DNA from: Centroscyllium fabricii
Lineage: Eukaryota
Reading direction: 5' to 3'
Assembly (NCBI GenBank): GCA_051313645.2
Contig: JBNRSN020000089.1
Span: forward strand, 1,488,001 to 1,552,000
DNA length: 64,000 nucleotides
Of this stretch, positions 60,388 through 64,000 are shown in pieces (the first letter of the stretch is position 1; every line of letters starts with the position of its first letter). Made by a program: the position numbers and the translations under genes. The notes under the pieces were generated by a model, which saw nothing but the letters and a program-made list of their open reading frames with translations, made no database searches and had not been told where the DNA came from.

Positions 60388-63300
60388 CAGGCAAGAAGGA
60401 AGGGGAGGTGGGGTGGCTATGTTAATAAAGGAGGGAATCACTGTAATACAGAGAAATGATATTGGGTCAAAAGATCAGGATAGTGAAACAGTTTGGGTGG
60501 AGATAAGGAATAATAAGGGGAAAAAACCACTAGTGGGCGTAGTCTATAGGCCTCCGAACAGTTCCAACTCTGTTGGATGGAGTATCAATCAAGAAATAGT
60601 CGAGGCTTGTAATAAGGGAATATCTATAATTATAGGGGATTTTAACGATCATATAAATTGGACAAATCAAATTGGGCAGGGCTGCCTTGAGGATGAGTTC
60701 ATTAGTGTATTAGGGATGGGTTTCTTGAGCAGTATATAACTGAACCGACCAGGGGGCAAGCAACCTTAGATCTGGTCCTGTGTAACGAGACAGGATGAAT
60801 TAAAAAAGTCCCAGTAGAGGAGCTCCTTGGAATGAGTGACCATAACATGGTTGAATTCCATATTCAATTAGAGGGTGAGAAGGTTGGATCTCAAACAAGC
60901 GTGCTAAGTTTGAATAAAGGAGACTATGAAGGTATGAGAGAGGAATTGATTAGAGTGGATTGGGAAAACAGATTAAAGGGTAAGACGATACATGATCAGT
61001 GGTGTACATTTAAGGAGTTACTTTACAACTTACAAAAAATATATATTCCACTGAGAAGAAAAGGGTGTAAAAGAAAAGACAGCCATCCGTGGCTAAGTAA
61101 AGAAATTAACGATAGTATTCGACAAAAAACAAGGGCATATAAGGCAGCCAAATCTAGTGGGAGGATGGAGGATTGGGAAAACTTTAAAAGACAGCAAAAA
61201 ACAATAAAAATATTGATTAAGAAAGGGAAGATAGATTATGAAAGTAAATCAGCAAAAAATATAAAAACAGATAGTAAGAGTTTCTGTAGTTATATAAAAA
61301 GAAAAAGGGTGGCTAAAGTAAATGTAGGTCCCTTAGAGGATGAGACCGGGAAATTAATGGTGGGAAATATGGAGATGGCAAAAACACTAAATGAATATTT
61401 TGTATCAGTCTTTACAGTAGAGGACATTAAGAATATCCCAACACTGGACAAACAGTCCAGTATAAGGGGGGGAGGAGCTAAACACGATCAAAATCACTCA
61501 GGAAGTGGTACTCGGTAAAATAATGGGGCTCAAGACGGATAAATCACCTGGACCTGATGGCTTACATCCTAGGGTCTTGAGGGAAGTGGCGGTAGGGATT
61601 GTGGATGCATTGGTAATAATTTTCCAAAATTCCCTGGACTCAGCAAAGGTCCCGGCAGACTGGAAAACTGCTAAACTGCTAAGGTAACAAATGTGCAGTT
61701 AAAATCGGAGATAAACAACCAAAATATTTCTCTCAGGGTCGTGGCGTGGCACAGGGCTCGTCTATCTCACCGACTCTTTTTTACATTTATATAAATGAAC
61801 TGGCAAAAATACTGGAACAATCTACAGCACCTGGCCTCGCCCTACATGACTCCGAGGTCAAATTCCTCCTGTATGCAGATGATCTGGTTCTGCTGTCACC
61901 GACAGAAGAGGGTCTACGGCAGAACCTTGATCGGTTAGAGTCATTCTGCCAGAATTGGGCCTTGAAAATACACCCCCAAAAAACTAAAGTCCTTGTGTTC
62001 CAGCAAAGATCCAGACATCAGGGAACCAAAACAAACTTCACACTAGGAGCAACAAAAATCGAACAAACTACAAACTACACATACTTAGGCTTAAAAATCA
62101 GTTCCACGGGAAATTTTCACTTGGCTGTGAATGAACTGAAAGAGAAAGCTAAAAGGGCTTTCTATGCCATTAAGAAGTCAATCCAAATAGAAATTCCACT
62201 TGGCATTTGGATCAAAATTTTTAATTCAGTAATTGAACCAATTGCACTTTATGGCAGCGAGGTGTGAGGTCTGCTAACACACCACGAATTTGCAAAATGG
62301 GACAAACACCCAATTGAGACCCTACATGCTGAATTCTGTAAGAGTATCCTCCGGACTCAGAGGAAAACCACAAACAATGCATGCAGGGCAGAGTTAGGCC
62401 AATATCCACTATTAATTAATATCCAAAAAAGAGCAATCAAATTCTGGAAACATCTAAAACTGAGCAACCCCCACAGCTATCACTACAAAGCCCTGAAATG
62501 CCAAGAAGCGAACATAAAGAGAAGTCCCCTCAGCCAACTAGTCCTGGGACTTAGCGGAGTAACTACTAACACTACTGGCCACAACCAACTTAGCGGAGTA
62601 ACTACTAACACTACTGGTATCAACCAGCCCCAGGACAGTGACATCCTAGCACTCAGAATCCGACCCAACACAATTATTACTAAACAAAAAGAAAAATACT
62701 TGAATTACTGGACAGAAATGACAAAAACCCAAAACAAACTAGATTGTTATTTGGCCCTAAACAGAGAGTACACCATGGCTGATTACCTGACCATGGTGAA
62801 AGATAGCAAACTGAGAAAAACCCTGACAATGTACAGACTTAGCGAGCACAGCCTAGCCATCGAAAAAGGCAGACACAGAAAGACTTGGCTGCCCAGAGAG
62901 GAAAGGCTGTGCTCCCACTGCAGTCAGGGAGCGGTGGAGACAGAGCTGCACTTCCTCACAACTTGCGAAAACTATCAGGAAATAAGGGGAAATTTCTTCC
63001 CAAAATTTGCAACAACATGCCCTGAATTCAAAAATCTGAACGACCACCAAAAACTCCCATATCTATTGGGGGAACAGAGGGACTGTATAAAATTAGCGGC
63101 AAACTACGTCACAGCAGAGGGACAACCAGTGACCATTGAAGCTAGGAAGAGCCTACAAGATCTATATGCGGGTATATATGTATGTGTTTGCATAGCTATT
63201 CATTCAATATGTCTGGTTATGCATTTGTATGTCCAATTGTATATGTTCTTTTTAGATCTATATGCGGGTTTTTATGTGTATGTGTATGCATAGTTATTCA

Positions 63301-64000
63301 TTCAATACGTCTGGTTATGCATTTGTATGTCCAACTGTATATGTTCTTTTTCTGTGCTTTGGCAACATAGGATGTATCTTGTCATGCCAATAAAGCAATT
63401 TGAATTGAATTGAATTGAATTGAATTAATGTAGCACCCTTATTTAAAAAGGGCAGTAGACAGAAGGCTGGAAATTATAGACCAGTTAGCCTAACATCTGT
63501 TGTGGGTAAAATTTTGGAGTCCATAATACAGGATATTTGGATAAACATAATTTAATAGGACAAAGTCAGCATGGTTTTATGAAGGGGAAGTCTTGTTTGA
63601 CAAATTTGTTGGAGTTCTTTGAGGAAGTAACATACAGGGTGGATAAAGGGGAACCAGTGGACGTAGTGTATTTAGACTTTCAAAAGGCATTTGACAAGGT
63701 GCCACACAAAAGATTATTGCTTAAAATAAAAAATCACGGAATTGGGGGTAATATTCTGGCATGGATAGAGGATTGGCTATCTAACAGAAGGCAGAGAGTT
63801 GGGATAAATGGTTCATTCTCAGATTGGCAATTGGTAACTAGTGGTGTTCCGCAGGGGTCAGTGCTGGGTCCCCAACTCTTTACAATCTATATTAACGATT
63901 TGGAGGAGGGGACCGAGTGTAACATATCAAAGTTTGCAGATGATACTAAGATGGGAGGGAAAGTAGTGAGTGAGGAGGACATAAAAAACCTGCAAGGGGA
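60388..64000 (+). mobile_element. Older CR1 LINE ORF2 (APE endonuclease to RT), interrupted by another LINE
   Basis: Motifs RQEGRGGGVAMLIK, VVYRPPNS, IIGDFN, SDHNMVEF and KSPGPDG. The reading DWKTA resumes as NVAPLFKK after 63425. Frameshifted; runs off the window. Confidence 0.92.
61675..63425 (+). mobile_element. 5'-truncated non-CR1 LINE, probably RTE-X clade, nested in CR1
   Basis: RT motifs QGSSISPTLF and LLYADDLVL. C-terminal LCSHC...ETELHFLTTC zinc knuckle. AATAAA then a (TTGAA)n tail; premature TGA at 62265. The clade assignment is from memory. Confidence 0.78.

Overview
Eukaryotic vertebrate DNA, most likely a cartilaginous fish (inferred from the CR1/HER1-type LINE tails, DeuSINE, Penelope and Harbinger content). 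The only host coding sequence I can support is one 79-nt + strand exon of CUX1/CASP (28153-28231, [26 protein letters not shown]), so most of the window is probably intron. It is filled with nested transposons: a CsRn1-clade Gypsy, a full-length Mag-like Gypsy (282-bp LTRs, 5-bp TSD) carrying a MITE and a CR1, a related solo LTR, a decayed Harbinger, hAT/Tigger/Harbinger MITEs, many CR1 fragments, an L2 fragment, an RTE-X-like LINE and Penelope remnants. There is also a 3.4-kb G-rich minisatellite and a 29-bp satellite of at least 19.6 kb that runs into a 200-N gap. The most interesting candidate is the Mag-like Gypsy. It has no tRNA primer-binding site, but a perfect 14-nt complement of its own LTR poly(A) region sits at the PBS position. 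It also has a hairpin over the PPT/LTR junction and a YLDN RT motif, which together suggest a possible tRNA-independent, self-priming lineage. Also notable are a 230-bp Penelope fold-back insertion with a minimal hammerhead ribozyme and the binary, higher-order structure of the satellite. All calls come from reading the sequence; no searches were run.
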